Source: Nymphaea colorata (lineage: Eukaryota). Taken from it: a stretch of DNA of 64,000 nt. Location: contig NC_045138.2 in assembly GCF_008831285.2 (NCBI RefSeq), positions 23,560,001 to 23,624,000 of the forward strand. The letters run 5' to 3'. Both the position numbers and the translations under genes were made by a program. Of this stretch, positions 39,730-53,612 are shown one piece after another (position 1 is the first letter of the stretch; every line of letters starts with the position of its first letter). The notes below the pieces were generated by a model that was not told where the DNA came from, ran no database searches, and saw nothing but the letters and a program-made list of their open reading frames with translations.

Positions 39730-42700
39730 TCCCCTCGCAAACCCAAGGGTCCAGGAACGACACTGAGTTTGAGTTGTAACTCTTGAAACCGAGTGGTCGG
39801 TAGTGGCTTGGTAAGAATATCAGCAATCTGATGTGAAGATGGGACATGTTTAACAAGAAGTTGGCCTTTGTAAATTTGATCTGGAATAAAATGAACATCC
39901 AACTCAACGTGTTTACTCCATGAGTGAAAAACTGGATGACCTGCCATGTAGGTTGCACTGACATTGTCACACCATAGGATTGAAGTAGAGGGAAGTGAGA
40001 TGAATAATTTTTGCAATAAATATTGGATCCAGACACATTCTGCAGCTGTATTGGAGACTGAGCAATACTCAGCTTCTGAGCTAAACCTAGCAATGGTATG
40101 TTGCTTTTTGAAGCTCCATGACAGAATATTTGGCTCTAAAAATATTGTATATCCTCTGGTAGATTTTCGATCATCAGGGCATCCTGCCCAATCCGCATCA
40201 GAGTAGGCCGATAAAGTGAGATCAGAAGAAGATTGAATTTTGAGACGAAAGTGGATAGTGCCTTTGACATATCTTAAGATTTGTTTAACTACACTTCAAT
40301 GGTCTAGAGTTATTGATACACTTTGTTTATGGCATATGAGCTGTCCGGTCTGGTCAAAGTCAAGTTTTGTAATGCTCCTAGGATACTTCTATATTCAGTG
40401 GGATCGTGATATGTAGAAGCCGTCCCTTGAGCTAGAGGCTTGGACGTTGACATGGGAATTGGAGCAATCTTGGCACCTGCCTTGTTTATCCGGTTAAGCA
40501 GTTCAAGGCAATATTTTTGCTGACTTAAAAGAAGCTCATCATTGGTATAGTGTGCTTCAAGCCCTAGAAAATAATGTAGTCTTCCAAGATCTTTGAGAGA
40601 AAAATTTTGTCTAAGACTTGTTATTAAAGCTGCAATAAACTTGTTAGAGTTACCTGTAATTAAAATGTCATCAACATAGACAATAATAAAGATGATAATA
40701 TGTTGATGCTTGTAAATAAATAGTGACGTGTCAGTTTTGGAAGTATGAAAACCATGTGAAAGCAAAGCATGACCTAGTTTTTGATACCAAGCTCTAGGAG
40801 TTTGCTTGAGTCTATAAATAGCTTTTTGAAGTTTACAAAACCAGGTGGTTGTTCTATAAAAACATTTTCATTGAGTTGTTCATGAAGAAATGCATTGTGT
40901 ACATCTAATTGGCATACTTCCACTTGAAAGAGATGGCAAGAGCAAGAATCGTTATGATAGTTGTTGGTTTGACAACTAGACTAAAGGTCTTGAAGTAGTC
41001 AATGCCTTCTTCTTGAGTATACCCTTTAGCTACTAATCGTGCTTTGTGGCACTCTATAGACTCATCTGCTTTATGCTTTATTTTGAAAACCCATTTGCAT
41101 CCAATAATATTAGTCTGGGGTCATGGGACAAGAACCTAGGTGTGGTTCGAGATGAGGGCTTTGTATTATGAGAGCATAGCATTCATCCAGTTTGGGTCTG
41201 ACTTGGCTTGGTGACATGTTTTGGGTTCTTGTTGAGCGATTTTTTGGCTAACTAGTGTCACAGGTAGAGGGTGGCAAGTAGAGGTAAACACTTTAGGTAC
41301 TCGAATCCCATTCATAGATCGAGTTACCATAGTGTGAGTCTTTACAAATGGAATAGGGTCAGTGGAAGATGGTATTTCTAGATCTATGGGTAGACTCGTT
41401 TCTGGTTCATTTGGAGAGTTTTGGGTTCGGTCGTGGTCTGAATCTATTCTCTCACTAGTTGATATAAAAGGAGGTTGTGCATATTGAAGAACTTTCTCTT
41501 GCATAGGTTTGTCTTGTAAAAGAATAGGCGTTGGCACTACTATAGGGATGGGTTTTGATGGCATCGAAGAGGTAGAAGAGTTTTGCGGAGGCTTATTACT
41601 AAAGGGAAATTGATTTTCACTAAAAACAACGTGCCTAGATATCAAAGTTTTGCCACTTTTCCTATTGTAACGCAAATATCCTTTTTGTTTATTGCTATAC
41701 CCAATGAAGACATGTTCTTCAGATTTGAAATCTAATTTATTTTTGCGATAATCTTTCAAATATGGAAAACATGAGCAACCGAAGACTTTATGAAATTTGT
41801 AGTTTGGCGGACTGCTATATAATTTTCAAAAGGACTTTTACAGCCTGAAATATAAGAAGGAAGTCGATTTATTAAATACACTGCAGTAGCGAAAGCACTA
41901 GACCCAAATCGTTGAGGCATGTTTGAATGACTTAGTAAACAAAGACCAGTTTCTATAATATGTCTATGCTTGCATTTTCAATTACTCCATTTTGTTCATG
42001 TGTGTGTGGACAAGATAGTCTATGTGAAATTTCAGCACTATCAAGAATGCATTTTACAGCCATATACTCACCAACACCATCAGACTGAAAATATTTTATT
42101 TTTCTATCAAATAAATTTTCTACTTTGCTTTTGAAGTCCTTAAATGCAGCAACAACATCAGACTTATGTACTAAAAAATAGATCCATAAGAACTTAGTAT
42201 AAGCATCAATGAAATGAACATAGAATCTATATCTATCAAAGCTTAAGATAGGCGCAGGGTCCCAAACATCAGAATAAATCAGTTCTAGGGGTCTTAAAAT
42301 TAAATGAGTTGAATCAGAGAAAGGAAGAGCATGCAATTTGCCACGTTGGCAATCACAACAAATAGAGTTTGTAGTCTATCTATAATAAGGTAAACCAAAA
42401 CGCTGCACGACTTGGCGAATAGTCCGATAGGCTGCATGTCCCAACCGGTTGTGCCTCTGGTCGATGGATGTCTTTTCTCCTAAACAGACATCTTTATTCT
42501 TGCATAGTTGTTTATTTGAAGTGCTTTCATCAAACAAGAACCGAAAGAGTCCATTATGACTCACCCCTTGAAAAAGCTTCTTCCTTGATACTAAGTCATT
42601 TACAATGCAAACATTAGGGTAAAATTCCATGAACACATTATTATCATTAGTAAATTTGTGCACAAAAATGAAATTTTTTGTGATATCAGGAACATGTAAT

Positions 42701-43979
42701 ATGTTTTTCAAAAGAAAACTAGATCCATTGGCAGAAAAGTAGGAATAATCAATATTGGAAATTGGCAAACCTGAACCATTGCCCACCCATACGCTTTCTT
42801 TTCCTTTGTATGGAGAATGAGTCCCAATGGAGCTTAGATCATTGCACACATGATGAGAGGCACCCAAATCTGGGTACCACGCAGCGTTGTCTACAGCAGT
42901 AGAGTCCATACGTAGAGAATGAGGTGGCGAATGGACTTTAGATGTTGTTGAGGAAGTCGATTACTTGCCACTGGGTTTTATAAGTTTAAAACAAGTCTTT
43001 GCACTATGACTTGGTTTGTCACAATATTGACAGATCACTCGCCCCTTATTGAACTGACGTCCTTCTCCAGCATTGTTGTATTTATTCCTTGGTTTTCCAT
43101 TGATCTTGGACTTGGAAAATCATATTTGCTAACATAATTGATTGATGTGAGACCATTATCTACATTTTCATTTTCATTTTCTCCAAGTTGAGTCTCATGA
43201 GAAAGTAATAGGCTGTGAAGTTCAACCAATGTAAGAGGATCACTATGAGTGGCAATGGATATTTTGAAAGCAGAGTATTCATTGGGCAGAGCACAAAGAA
43301 TATGTAACATCAAATCATCTTCAGCTATTGGTTTGGATGCCATCTTGAGTTGATGGTTGATCATATTGGCTTTCTAGAACAGTTCGTCAATAGAGCTAAA
43401 GTCTTTCTTTAGAGTGACAAGTTGTTCTTTTAGTTGCATTACTTTATATCTAGAGTGAGCATCATAAATATTCTTCAACACATACCACACTTGATAAGAT
43501 GTTCTCAGTCTAATAACTTGTGCATGCACAAGCTCAGATAAAGATGATATAGTCTAGCATAATAATAATTGATCTAATCTCATCCAATCAATATATTGTG
43601 GATTTATAGAAGTCATACCTTCTCCTTCGCCTTGACTAACGATGTATTGCAGAGGACACTTCCTTGATCCATCCACAAATCCAAAGAGATTATATGTATT
43701 GTGTAATGGAAAAAATTGATTTTCCCATAGCAAAAAATTCTCAGCCATGAGTTTTACCAAGAGGTAGTGCTGGAGACTCGTTGGAGAAGGAGCAACTTGT
43801 AAAAAAGTTGAGCTGAAATGTTTCGTGGTTCAGCAGACTTTGCGGATGATGAACCTGATGATGCACTAGATGTTGCCATTGTATGGGAGAACAAGAGACG
43901 ATTGAGTAGTTTCAACAAAGGCCAAAGGTACATGAAGACCCAGACAAATTAGTCCCTTAGGACGATAGCTCTGATACCA

Positions 43980-44339
43980 TATCAAAACTTGATATTTTGG
44001 TAAAGAGAAAGAGGAATAAGAAAGGAAATTTTGATGTATAGAGGTTTGGTGATTAACACCAATGTCCTCTCTCTCATATATACATTCAATCATGTATATT
44101 ATGAGGTCCACAATAATATTTATATGAATTACATTACAACGATAAGCCATCGTTGAGCATTTCTTTCTTTATTTGGTTTATTTTTACTGTTGTCATGCTT
44201 CTCTTCAAATGAACCGTTGGTGGAATGATCTTGGTTGCCTTCACTCGTTGATTGTTTTCTATATTTGTTGCCATGTGTGTTGCGTTGCATGAGAGCTTCT
44301 TGCCTTGAATTGCCGTGTGGCTTACCATGTGTCTCAACA
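43980..44339 (-). repeat. Copia 5' LTR
   Basis: Begins TGTTGAGAC on the minus strand, abuts the PBS, and aligns with 39428-39729. Confidence 0.85.
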
Positions 44340-46400
44340 GTTTTTTCAGCTTTTTTTTTTTATCAAGGAAACTTGTAAAATTTGTAAATAAAATTGCGCT
44401 CATAATGATCCCCAAGTTCAAAGGAGCTTTTAGAATTGAGGACTTTCACCGCATGGCCCTCTGCAATAGCCTCTATAATGTTATTGTCATGATCAAGGTT
44501 GCGAGAATGCAAAAAACCTATCTTGGATTGTGGGTAAATCTCAAGGACGCTTTGTTAAAGGGCAAGTAATCCAAGACCAGATTGGTGAGTAAATGAAATT
44601 ATTTCCACTATGCAAAGTCGCAAGGAAAAGGCGGTAGGTCTGAAGTTAAATATTTCTAAGGCATATAATAGATGCTCGTAGGTGTTCATCAGTTACAGTT
44701 TAAGATGGCTAGGGTTCCACCCAGTCTAGGTGCAGCGTATTGTAGCATGTATTTCATCTAATTCTTATGAAGTCATTCTTAATGATAGCAGGGGTCAAGG
44801 CTTTGTGGCGAAACGGGATCTGTGTCAGGCCGAACCATTATCTCCTTATCTCTTCATTCTAATAATGAAGGTCATTAATAGAAGTTTGATCCATTGTAAC
44901 AGCAATCACCTGATTCAAGTGCCTAGATGCCTTGTCCAAATTGAGGATCTCAAGTGCCTCATGTTTGCCGATGCTTTTTTGGTCTTCAGTACAACTACCC
45001 ATGAATCTCTGAGGAATGTTAAGACTCATCTAGAAGACACTGAAGCCAAAGGTGGTCTGGCTATCAACTATGCTAAATCATCATTAGTCTACTTCAATGT
45101 TAGCATTGGAGGAGTTGGCCCATCTAGGAGGATGGAGGCAAGGCTATCCAACCTTCCTTGGGCTTCCTCTGTTTGCTGCAAAGATCACTGAAAGCTCCTA
45201 TCTTACACAGCGCATATTTGTGTAATCAAACATAATTTGTCTTTCTTGTTAGTATAGCGGATGCTTGCTTTCAGGATACCCAAATATGTCCTTGATAGGC
45301 TTATGGCCAACTTTTTATAGACTGACAAGGATGGGAAAAAAGGTATCAGGCAGATTTCTTAGAAGACTCTGAGGAACCCAATGGAGGAGGGAGGGGTAGA
45401 CCTGAAGCCATTGGAACCCTTTAATATGGGCCTGCTCCAATAACAACTCCCTACTTGCTGCTTGGATAGAAAGGAAGCGTTTAAACAAAGTCCAAAGTCT
45501 ATGGACCCTCAAGAGTCCATGGCACGGGTCATGGTGCTAGAGCCGTTTTGGGTGGGCATGGGGTAAAGTAAACGATAAAGTTATGTAGAAGGCAGGAAAT
45601 GGTAGAAGGATAAGAATATGGATAGACAGGTGGAGAGAAGATGTTCTAGTTCATTGTATTATTAGAGAAGTCTATAGTGCCATTGGGAATCAAATCAATG
45701 TGACCATTGATGAGGCCAAATGGCTTAGCCAGGAGTTCAGATAAGCTGATCCTTTGATGAGGGGAGTGGTTGATCAGCATTGGAACATGCTTGCAAAAGA
45801 TAAGCTTGCGAGCTGCTCCACTCTTCTGAAGAGCTTGTATGCTAGAGGCTTTTGGAACTATGTGAGAGTAAAAGCTCTTGCCCAAAAATGCATATCAAAG
45901 TCTGGAATTCGAACTTTCCAGCAAGAGCAAATTGGGCCTTGTTTCTCTCCTACCACTCAACTTCTCGTGCAAGACAAGGTTAAGAAGCATGGATTTCAGC
46001 TTGCTAATTGCTGCATTCTTTGTGGCAAGGTGGAAGAAAGTAATGAGCACCTCATAATAAAATGTAACGTGGCACAAAATCTGTAGAAGAAAGTAGTCAC
46101 AGTTTTTGGAAGGACTCGTGTTCCATGCCAGATCATCTGCAGCGAGTTTCAATACTGGCACCTATCTAGCATCACACCTATCTGGATGCATAAGTTCTGG
46201 CTTGCTTCCTTCAATTTAGTAATTTGAAAGTTCTAAAGCACCAGGAACAGGGTGGGTCATGACATTTCTCTAGTCCCTAGTAACGAACAGATTTTCTCTA
46301 AAGTCTGGTCCTCTTGTAGAGATGTCTACAGCTCCAAAAGCAAATCGAAGGAGGAAACAGAACTATCAAAAATATGTCCTAGGACTATATTCATTTGCCA
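44340..46400 (+). mobile_element. Decayed 5'-truncated LINE (RT and zf-RVT region)
   Basis: ALIMIPK...EDFHRMALCNSLY, RDLCQAEPLSPYLFIL, LMFADA, GLAINYAKS, and CILCGKVEESNEHLIIKC. Many stops. Confidence 0.85.
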
Positions 46401-46559
46401 GGGAAGACTAGAGAATGTCCCAGCGCTTAATTGTACAATTCACCTATTCACTTTCAGAACTCGTTGAAGGAGGCTCATTGTGGCCTGTTGGTGGAACAAA
46501 GAAGAGAGGGCATTGGTGAACAGCTATCTTCCAAGCTCAGAAGGTGAGCAGAGGGCAGA

Positions 46560-49140
46560 TATGGAACTGTTGAAGGAGAGATGGTGTCTTAGAGGGATCA
46601 GGAAAACCATGCTCACCATTGTATCCAATATCAGCAGATGGAAAAGACACATGAAGAGTAGGCTTGAAGGAATGATGCAGAGCAGAACCAGGCCAGTCAT
46701 GTACCTGTTTCTACTTCCTCACCTCAAGCCCCACCTTCGTGTTTCAGTGCATATCATGAGTCTTCAGCCATGGAATCCCCTCTAGATTTGGAGCACAGTC
46801 GAGATGAGGTGCCTCTGCATAGATACTCGAGATGCACGAAGGGACTACCTCAACGAGCATCTATCCCTTCATCAGCTTAGATTACTCGAATTGTGATTTT
46901 CGATTATATATTGTTTTGAAATCCATTTCATACTTATGTTCAGTTTGTATCTGTATATCTGGAGCAATTCAAATTCGGGGTATGTGTTCAGGACCCAACC
47001 CATTACTTTCTTTCATCCATATAAATGGGCGACAACTTATTTTGTGGAGTTGGCAAAGCTAAAGAAAAAGTGAATGCTCTTTTAAATGTTTTGTCTTTCC
47101 CTTTACATTGGTTGTTGTATTGCATCTTTACATTTACTTCGAAGGTTCAGATTATCGTTTCAGCAAGCAGAGCTTGCATCAATTGGTATCAGAGCGAGGT
47201 CTCATTGTCCCGATTGTGTGCATGGCTACAAAAGACAAGGAAAAAGGAAAGGATTATGCTGCTATAGAAAAGAAAGCTACAGAGCTAGCAAATGAAAATG
47301 AAGAAAACCCATCAATGGAAATTATACAATCTGAAAAAGGGAAGTGAAAGCTGTCAAGAACACTTATAGAAAACCCTGGCAAAACAAGATTTTGTGATCA
47401 CTTACATTAGAGTGAATCTTGTTGTCACAACGAGGAAGGTCGATTTCATCACTCAAAAGTTCAATGAGTTCATAGGGATGTATTGCTCATTTTTGCAAAA
47501 TGCACAAAAACTTCATGCACTTCTTGCTGTAAACGACTGTCTGGCCATCTGTGCATTGGAAGCCGAAGGAGGAGAAGAATTGGATTACCTTGCAAGAAGT
47601 GCTGGAGTTTTGAGGGGAACCTGGAGTCATGACTTAGTGGAGACCGCATCGGAATGGATTCTCGTCGGAGTTCCATTTCTGCCAGTGAACCAAATCAGTC
47701 GAGGTTCCCTACCAGAGTCCCCTGCATTCGTTTGGAGGAGGTAGAGAACTAGACACTTTGTCTTCCTCCCATCGACAGGCAGAAACTATAGCTATGGATT
47801 CGACTGTCGTTGGTCTACCCACTGGTGAGCAGGCGAAGATGCCTTGTTCGGCGAAGAAAGCGTTGTTGGTGTCGGGTCTTCCCATCACTTTGTGTGGGCA
47901 AAGAGAGGCATATCAGACATCACCATTCCTATTGTCAGCCGGTGGTAGTACAGGAAACGCTGCCAACATCCATAGAATCCACTTCACTCCTTCTGCAACT
48001 GGCAGGTGAAATCAAAAGGTGTGTCCATTTGATCGGCCTCTGCCCATGGATTGGTCGTCCGCTGATGAGCAACGCGGGTGAAATCAGAAGGTTCATCAAT
48101 TTGATTGGCCACCGCCTGTGGATCGGCCCCACATGAATCCTCATCACACCCTATACACATTTCCAAATCCATACCCGTATCAAAACCCATTTCCTAAATC
48201 TGGATCGAGCTACCCATATCCCCATCTGACTACTTGTGTGACCCAAGCCCTAGATCTAGGTCCATATTGTGCAAGTACTATCATGGAGCTACCATTCCTC
48301 AGGCTCCCCAGCAGAGGTGTCAACAAATGGGACCCCATGCAAATCGGGCCCACCTGAGATAGAGCCACACCAACATTATGTGCAACTCGTGAACAACAAT
48401 GACTCAACCTGTTCAGATGAGCAGGATGATGATGAGTTTTGGCATGCACATCTAGCAGGACCAATTGACTATTGACACATGTGTACTACAGCCCATCAGA
48501 TATGGGGTAAAGCTGGACCTTCCAGAGTTTGTTGGTTGATTCGACCCATAGGAGTACTTTGATAGGGCGCATGCAATCCAGTTCTTCTTCGACTACCAGC
48601 AGGTGGAGGAGCATCACAGGGTACCACTAGATGCGACCAGGTTGTGTGGACTTGCTCAAACTTGGTGGTTCGAGCTTTAGGGATCGTATGAGCAATGTGG
48701 TCAGTGACAGGTGTAGGCTTGGGGTGAGATGCAGAGGCTGATTCAAGCCAAATTTGTACCTTCAGATCATGCTGAGATGACATACAAGGAGTACCTCAAT
48801 TTGCGTTTGAGCTTGAAATCTGTAGCAGATTATACGGAAGAGTTTCATCGGCTATCACTGCGCATCCAAATTGTGAAGGCCGAGCATCAAAAGGTTACCA
48901 GGTATGTTTCTTGTCTTCATCCCCCTATTTTTGATAAATTTAATTGTATAGAAGAGATACTCTAGATCAAGCAAGCAGCTATGCAATGAACGTAGAAAAC
49001 ACTTTGAAATGTAAGCATGAAACCCGAGTGTCAAGAGGTGACATCTCGTACCACCACAAGTAGAGTCTGCCAACCATAGGAGCTAGCTCCTCAAAGCCTG
49101 TTGAGTCAAGACTTGTGCCACCTTCCCCAAGTAAAGGTAC
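46560..49140 (+). mobile_element. Ty3/Gypsy LTR retrotransposon 5' remnant (LTR end, PBS, gag)
   Basis: ...GCATCA (47181) is followed by PBS TGGTATCAGAGC (47184-47195). Gag-like WGEMQRLIQAKFVPSDH...SVADYTEEFHRL at 48720-48965. The left boundary is a guess. Confidence 0.75.
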
Positions 49141-49738
49141 AAATATTAATAAATGCATTCATTTGCAAGATGGGAATCCTTTCTTGTTTCTTTTTTCCAC
49201 TTAACAAATTAATGATTGAAAATTAATGAGTTGATGTCTTCACAAAAAATGACAAAGCCATTTTGTAAATTTAAGCACCCAAACACATCCATTGTACTAT
49301 GGGTCTGGACAAATTTCTTTCTTGTGAGTCTTAGGAGTCGTTTGGCAATGGGCACAATAACATACTGTTCATGTATCTGCCCAAAAAATTAGGGCAGATT
49401 CATTAAACAAACAGAGTTTCAATTTGGAGAACTTTACTAGTGTTTGATCGGTCATTTACTTTAACGGTAATTTTATTAAAGGAACTGCCCGTCAAACACA
49501 TAGTTATGGACAATACTTAATAAGGATTGAAAAACTGACTTGGTTGAGTGAGGTTCATTCTTAGTCGTTGAATTCCATCAATATAGGACATAAAGACCTT
49601 GTCCAAGTGCATCCTAATTTCGGCTAATGCCAAGTTTCCATGAGAAAGTAGAGGAGGAAAAGGTCATTGACTAGTCATAGTTTGCAGAGGAAAGTGCATC
49701 ACCCAACCATTTGATTAAGACTAGTGAACAACAAGATG

Positions 49739-49777
<39 letters not shown>

Positions 49778-50149
49778 ACATGGATTGAATGAACCCTGCC
49801 CCACGTCGTATAGATATTTTTATACAACATGTTTAGTTATTTACAATAACTTTTTTATAGTATACCTTTGCTATAATATAAATTGACAGGAAAAAGACGC
49901 GGATAAGATTTTCATCATAAGATTCTCAGATCAATTGTGTCATTCCTTCTAGTTTTATTCATTACTTGCCAATAAAACACGACCATGTTGCCACGAGTCA
50001 AGTTCGATTGAAAAAATGAACTCGTTTAATTTAAGGAGTGGAGCCTAAAATTTTTTATCACAAGTGAAAAGTTACCCTAATTGCCTTTTTTGAGGCTAGC
50101 AACCCACACATGTCACTTTATAGTAAAAGATAATTTTTTTATACATGGC

Positions 50150-50316
50150 TACGCTAAACTCCAGCTGAACCTAGGCTTGAGCTTAGCGGAACCGAGTTTC
50201 AGCTCTCTAAGCTCGAGTGAGGGTGAGCTAAAGCTAGACAACTTGAGCTCAAGTTGTGGCCTATGCCACTCGAGCCAAGTTCGAACTGGCTTAGCTTGGC
50301 TTGTGAGCAGCCCTAG
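50150..50316. mobile_element. Partial CTCGA-rich element
   Basis: GAGCTCGAG-like motifs ending gtgagcagcccta, as at ~37775. Confidence 0.5.
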
Positions 50317-50867
50317 TACCATCACTCTAGAAAGAGAGGAAAGTAATGTGGGGCACCTTTGTTTCTTTGGCTCAATTTTAACTTTCTCTGGAAAATTTGC
50401 TTTTGAAAAGTAGTATTCATCTTCCTGCCTTGGATTGGGCATCCTCATTTCTTTGGCTCAAATTTAACTTTCTCTGGAGACTTTGCTTTTTAATAGCAGT
50501 AGTCATCTTCCTGCCTTGGATTGAATGGCAACATCATCCAAGCTTGGGATCGTCTCTTAGCAACAATTAAATGTGAATGGTACAATAGCGCACTTATAAT
50601 TGTCCTTTTTCTCGGTTTTCCCCTTTTGTTAGGTAGCCCCTAATTACTAGCTTATGCAAAGAGAAACCTCGGGTATTGAACTCACTGACCTCCTTTGGAT
50701 TGGAAAGTCAGGTCGAGGAAGCTTTATTGGTTAACTTTTTAAAAACCAACAATCTTAATTAAGATTTCCTTTGCAAAAGAACCTTTTGTATGTTTGTCTG
50801 ATATTTCATTGCCAACAAAAATAGAGAAAAATCAGATATTCTCAATTTCATAGGATTTTTAATTTGA

Positions 50868-51530
50868 ATGATGCCAAGGTTGTACCGTCTCCAGACGGAT
50901 GGACAGACTAAGGTGGTTGATCGCAGTCTAGAGAATCTTCTACACTGTCTTGCCGGGGATCATATCAAGACTTGGGATAGTATATTGCCACAGAATGAGT
51001 TGGCCTCTAATAATTGTGTTAATAGGCTTACTGGTATGATGCCTTTTTAGATTGTCTATAATAAAAATCCTGTGCATGTTGTTGATCTTATCCTCATCCC
51101 CACCCTCTGCAAGTTAATCAGCTACCACCTGCCTGCCGTCGGTTTTATTGTGTGATGCTTTTATAGATCGTCTATAATAGAACTCCTGTGCATGTTATTG
51201 ACCTTATCCCCACCCTCTGCAAGTTAATCAGCTACCACCTGCCTGTTTTATCGTGTTAATAGGTTTACTGGTATGATGCCTTTTTAGATCGTCTATAATA
51301 GAACTCTAAAATTCCTGTGCATGTTGCTGATCTTATCCCCACCCTCTGAAAGTTAATTAGCTACCACCTGCTTGCCATTGGGTCTATTGTTGAGTTATAT
51401 GTAAAAAAAATCATGCCCAGGTGAAAGGAACATTAGAGGAAAGCTATAATGTTTACAAGGCCAGTCGACCAGCCATGTCATTTCTGAGATTGGGGATCTA
51501 GTCATGATGTACTTACGCTAAGAGAGAATG
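50868..51530 (+). mobile_element. Ty3/Gypsy integrase C-terminal remnant with internal triplication
   Basis: QTDGQTKVVDRSLENLLHCL...WDSILPQ...NNCVNRLTGMMPF matches the Gypsy integrase core end. The segment tagat.gtctataata...cctgtgcatgtt...gctaccacctgc occurs three times. Confidence 0.8.
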
Positions 51531-51641
51531 ACGTATAACACAACAAGAGGGACCCGCTAGATCCAAACTCGTTTGATGCGTCCAAGAACCCGTCCCCGGC
51601 GAGAACACCGGTCGAGAACTCCACCCAAGGTTCACTCAAAA

Positions 51642-52205
51642 CCAATGTCACCTGGGTGCGTTTCCCAGGAGCTCGCACCCGCACCGGGTGCGTTTCGGGT
51701 GCGGGTGCGGTGCGGGTGCGCTCCAGGTGCGCACCCAAACCGCACCCGATGATGAGGCGCACCCAAACCGCACTCAGGAGAGTTGGATCAAGTTTCGAGT
51801 CGAATCCAAATCCAAACCAAGTTTATTGCTGGATATGATTTTGGGATGAAATTAGATTAAAAATCCACAAAATCAAATCCCCATCGGCCGTTGCATCTAA
51901 TTTAATACATCTATAGATATATTATATGTTCTCTTTTCTCTTTAAAAAAAAAACGATACAGGACTAAAGAATGGTGGCTTTCATAAAACGATCTGTTTGC
52001 CTTTTTTTCAAACATTTCTTTTTTGATTTTTTCCCACTATCATAAAAATGTATAATTTTAATTGTGTTATTCAATTTCTACGAAAAATTAATAATAATAA
52101 TAATAATAATATTAATATTAATAAAATATCTTCACCGCACCACCGCACCTAATTTTTTTGAGATGTGCCGCACCGGCACCGGCACCCGGCATTCAGGTGA
52201 CATAG
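51642..52205. mobile_element. MITE (GGGTGC/GCACCC family)
   Basis: Ends atgtcacctg / caggtgacat are inverted repeats, with internal GGTGCG/CGCACC motifs. Confidence 0.7.
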
Positions 52206-52687
52206 CTCAAAACCAAAGAAAGTACCATGCATTCGATGAAGTGTTAGAAGGCGGTGTATGTTCAACCATTCCCAGGACTAACTTACTCATTTCAGATATT
52301 TCAGATCCAAATCTTATCTTTTGATCCAACCTATCATGAGGTTATTAGGTTCTTTTCTTTTCAAGTTTTAAGAATTAAAAAAAGGACAAAAACATGAGTT
52401 AGTGATCACAATTTTGTTGATTCGTGATTTGGAGACGATCCTTCTTACTGCATCAATCTTCCTTAGTGATCATAATGTGCCCAGTTAGTTTTTGGATTAG
52501 TCTAGCTTTTATTATGATGTTGGTGCTCAGCTCTGCCATATAAATTTAATTTAGAGACTTCGAATTAATGGGAACCCAGTGTCCATGCCACATAGGGAAG
52601 TACCAAACAAGTCATCCTCACATGGGCGCACTGACCTTTTTCAAACTGCCCATGCTGCAGAATCTAACACTGAAACTACGGTGACTT

Positions 52688-52719
<32 letters not shown>

Positions 52720-53439
52720 CAAGTCACAAATGCAAAAGTGAACTGCAATTTTTTTATGCAATACCTGATCAGCATTCGGATTAGCAGGGGTTGAACTCTG
52801 AAGTAGCACATGGTCGGATTCCTTCAAATCCGTAATTTAATCATGGAATGCACAAGCCATTAAGAATTCAAAGTCCTCAAATCCACCAGAAACAGTGCGT
52901 GAAGTCCTAGCCTTAAAAGAAGGAACCCCATGGCGTTCATCTGAGAGCAGATCAACAAACTCAATAACTCAGGAAATTATGTTTCTGCCCTGAACTGCTG
53001 AAACTTTCAGCCAAACTGGAGTGAATGAAAGGTGACAAATGCTGCTTTAGCTCAAGTATTCCATTATCTAGCAAGATGAGCTGACAAAAGGCTCCACGCT
53101 CACAGGCTCAAGCAACCAGACGCAGTGACTAGAGTTAATTGGATCTTGGGTCCAAAAATTAAAAGATCCAAACCCAGAAATACATCAATAACCAAATAAG
53201 TCTAATCCAAAGTTTAAACGGATCCTAATACAGGATCCAATCCAACTCTAACTATACTGCGTCAGAACCAACCGTCTCAGCTTTGTCGCATATCTTAAGC
53301 AACGATGCTGATAAACCCTAAATTTTCAGACTTCTGTAAGAGCTAACCAGATCATAATTGGCCGACAGCAATTCAAAAAGCCATAATTATACATAGCAAT
53401 GCCAGTTTTCCTCTTTTCCCTGTTTTGTGCAGAAACCGC

Positions 53440-53612
53440 AAATTGGGTCAAGAGACGTTGTTGCCTGCCTAGTGAGTGAAACCCCCTGGACTCTTCCCCC
53501 TGCCCTTAAGATAAAACCTGCTTTGGCTTATTTGAAGGATGGGTGCCCATGCAGTTCGAACCTCTAACTGCCTGCCAAGCAGCCATGGCCTGCCCACAAT
53601 GCCAAACCCCAT
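53440..53612 (-). mobile_element. Probable tRNA-derived SINE
   Basis: Minus-strand A-box-like TGGCATTGTGGG (53604-53593) and B-box GGTTCGAAC (53562-53554) about 30 nt apart. No cloverleaf is evident. Confidence 0.45.

Larger units (their letters stand above)
39428..44339 (-). mobile_element. Decayed Ty1/Copia LTR retrotransposon
   Basis: Minus strand: 5' LTR 44339-43980, tRNA-Met PBS TGGTATCAGAGC (43968-43979), gag, zinc knuckle CQYCDKPSHSAKTC (~42991-43032), protease WYPDLGASHH, integrase (LELIYSDVW, FQSDG, HEQNG), RT IVYVDDILITG, RNase H WCDN..KHVELDVHF..QIADILTK, PPT ~39730-39741 and 3' LTR 39729-39428 (truncated). Many stops. Confidence 0.93.

Noticed and set aside
53540..53612. tRNA gene
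   Set aside because: A/B-box-like motifs are present, but I could not build an acceptor stem or cloverleaf. Called a probable SINE instead.
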